A stretch of DNA of 64,000 nucleotides, taken from Marsupella aquatica. Its lineage: Eukaryota > Plantae > Marchantiophyta. A model generated the notes under the pieces. It worked only from the letters and a program-made list of their open reading frames with translations. It searched no databases and was not told where the DNA came from. The stretch is from the NCBI GenBank assembly GCA_973895155.1, contig OZ316892.1, positions 25,691,233 to 25,755,232 of the forward strand, given 5' to 3'. The first letter of the stretch is position 1; every line of letters begins with the position of its first letter. Position numbers and translations under genes: made by a program. This document shows, in pieces, positions 63,623-64,000 of the stretch.

Positions 63623-64000
63623 CCTGCCAAGACACACTAAAGTAGTGTAATGGTAAACTATACAAATATATGACAAAGACCTACAAATCCAGGAGCCTAC
63701 AACTTTCATGATTGGGTACATTTTCACCAAATTTGATATTTCACAGATGAATTGAGGATGTTACATTGAGGATTGAATGTAGTTTGGACATAGTGTCTTG
63801 GATTAAACCAATTTTCAAAGTTGAGCCCTCCCTTTACGTTTGACATAGAATCCAATGGCTCTTCATCTAACATAGTCGCTCTAACATAGAGAATGGAGAA
63901 GCAATAAATGCCATCAATGCCAAAGAGTACAAAGAGCAGCAAGCTTATAAACCTTGAAACACCCTTGTCACTTATTAGACTGACCTCCACCAAGTTTCAC

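Overview
Eukaryotic nuclear DNA from a land plant, probably non-seed. Evidence: GT-AG introns, PSPG-box UGTs, a plant-type PLAT protein and serpin, and plastid- and mitochondrion-derived inserts. Host genes are two divergently oriented 4-exon UDP-glycosyltransferase paralogs (4000-7216 -, ~26097-29463 +), a TPR-SET pseudogene, a secreted PLAT/LH2 protein and an atypical serpin. Between the UGTs sits a 13-kb cut-and-paste DNA transposon (10062-23113; TIR C(C/T)CGGGGTCCTCA, perfect 8-bp TSD GCCACACA). It carries a decayed P-element/THAP9-like transposase plus unusual cargo: an ORF with the SAM-binding half of a prokaryotic-type N6A/N4C DNA methyltransferase, an FCP1/SCP-like HAD phosphatase domain, and a perfectly paired D-armless tRNA-like element after the transposase stop. 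Two MITEs elsewhere in the window share its termini. Nested inside it is a very young Ty1/copia element (12897-19393) whose gag and pol are in one frame separated by a single TGA. The rest is MITEs, satellites, organellar fragments and LTR remnants. All calls come from reading motifs by eye; no database searches were run.
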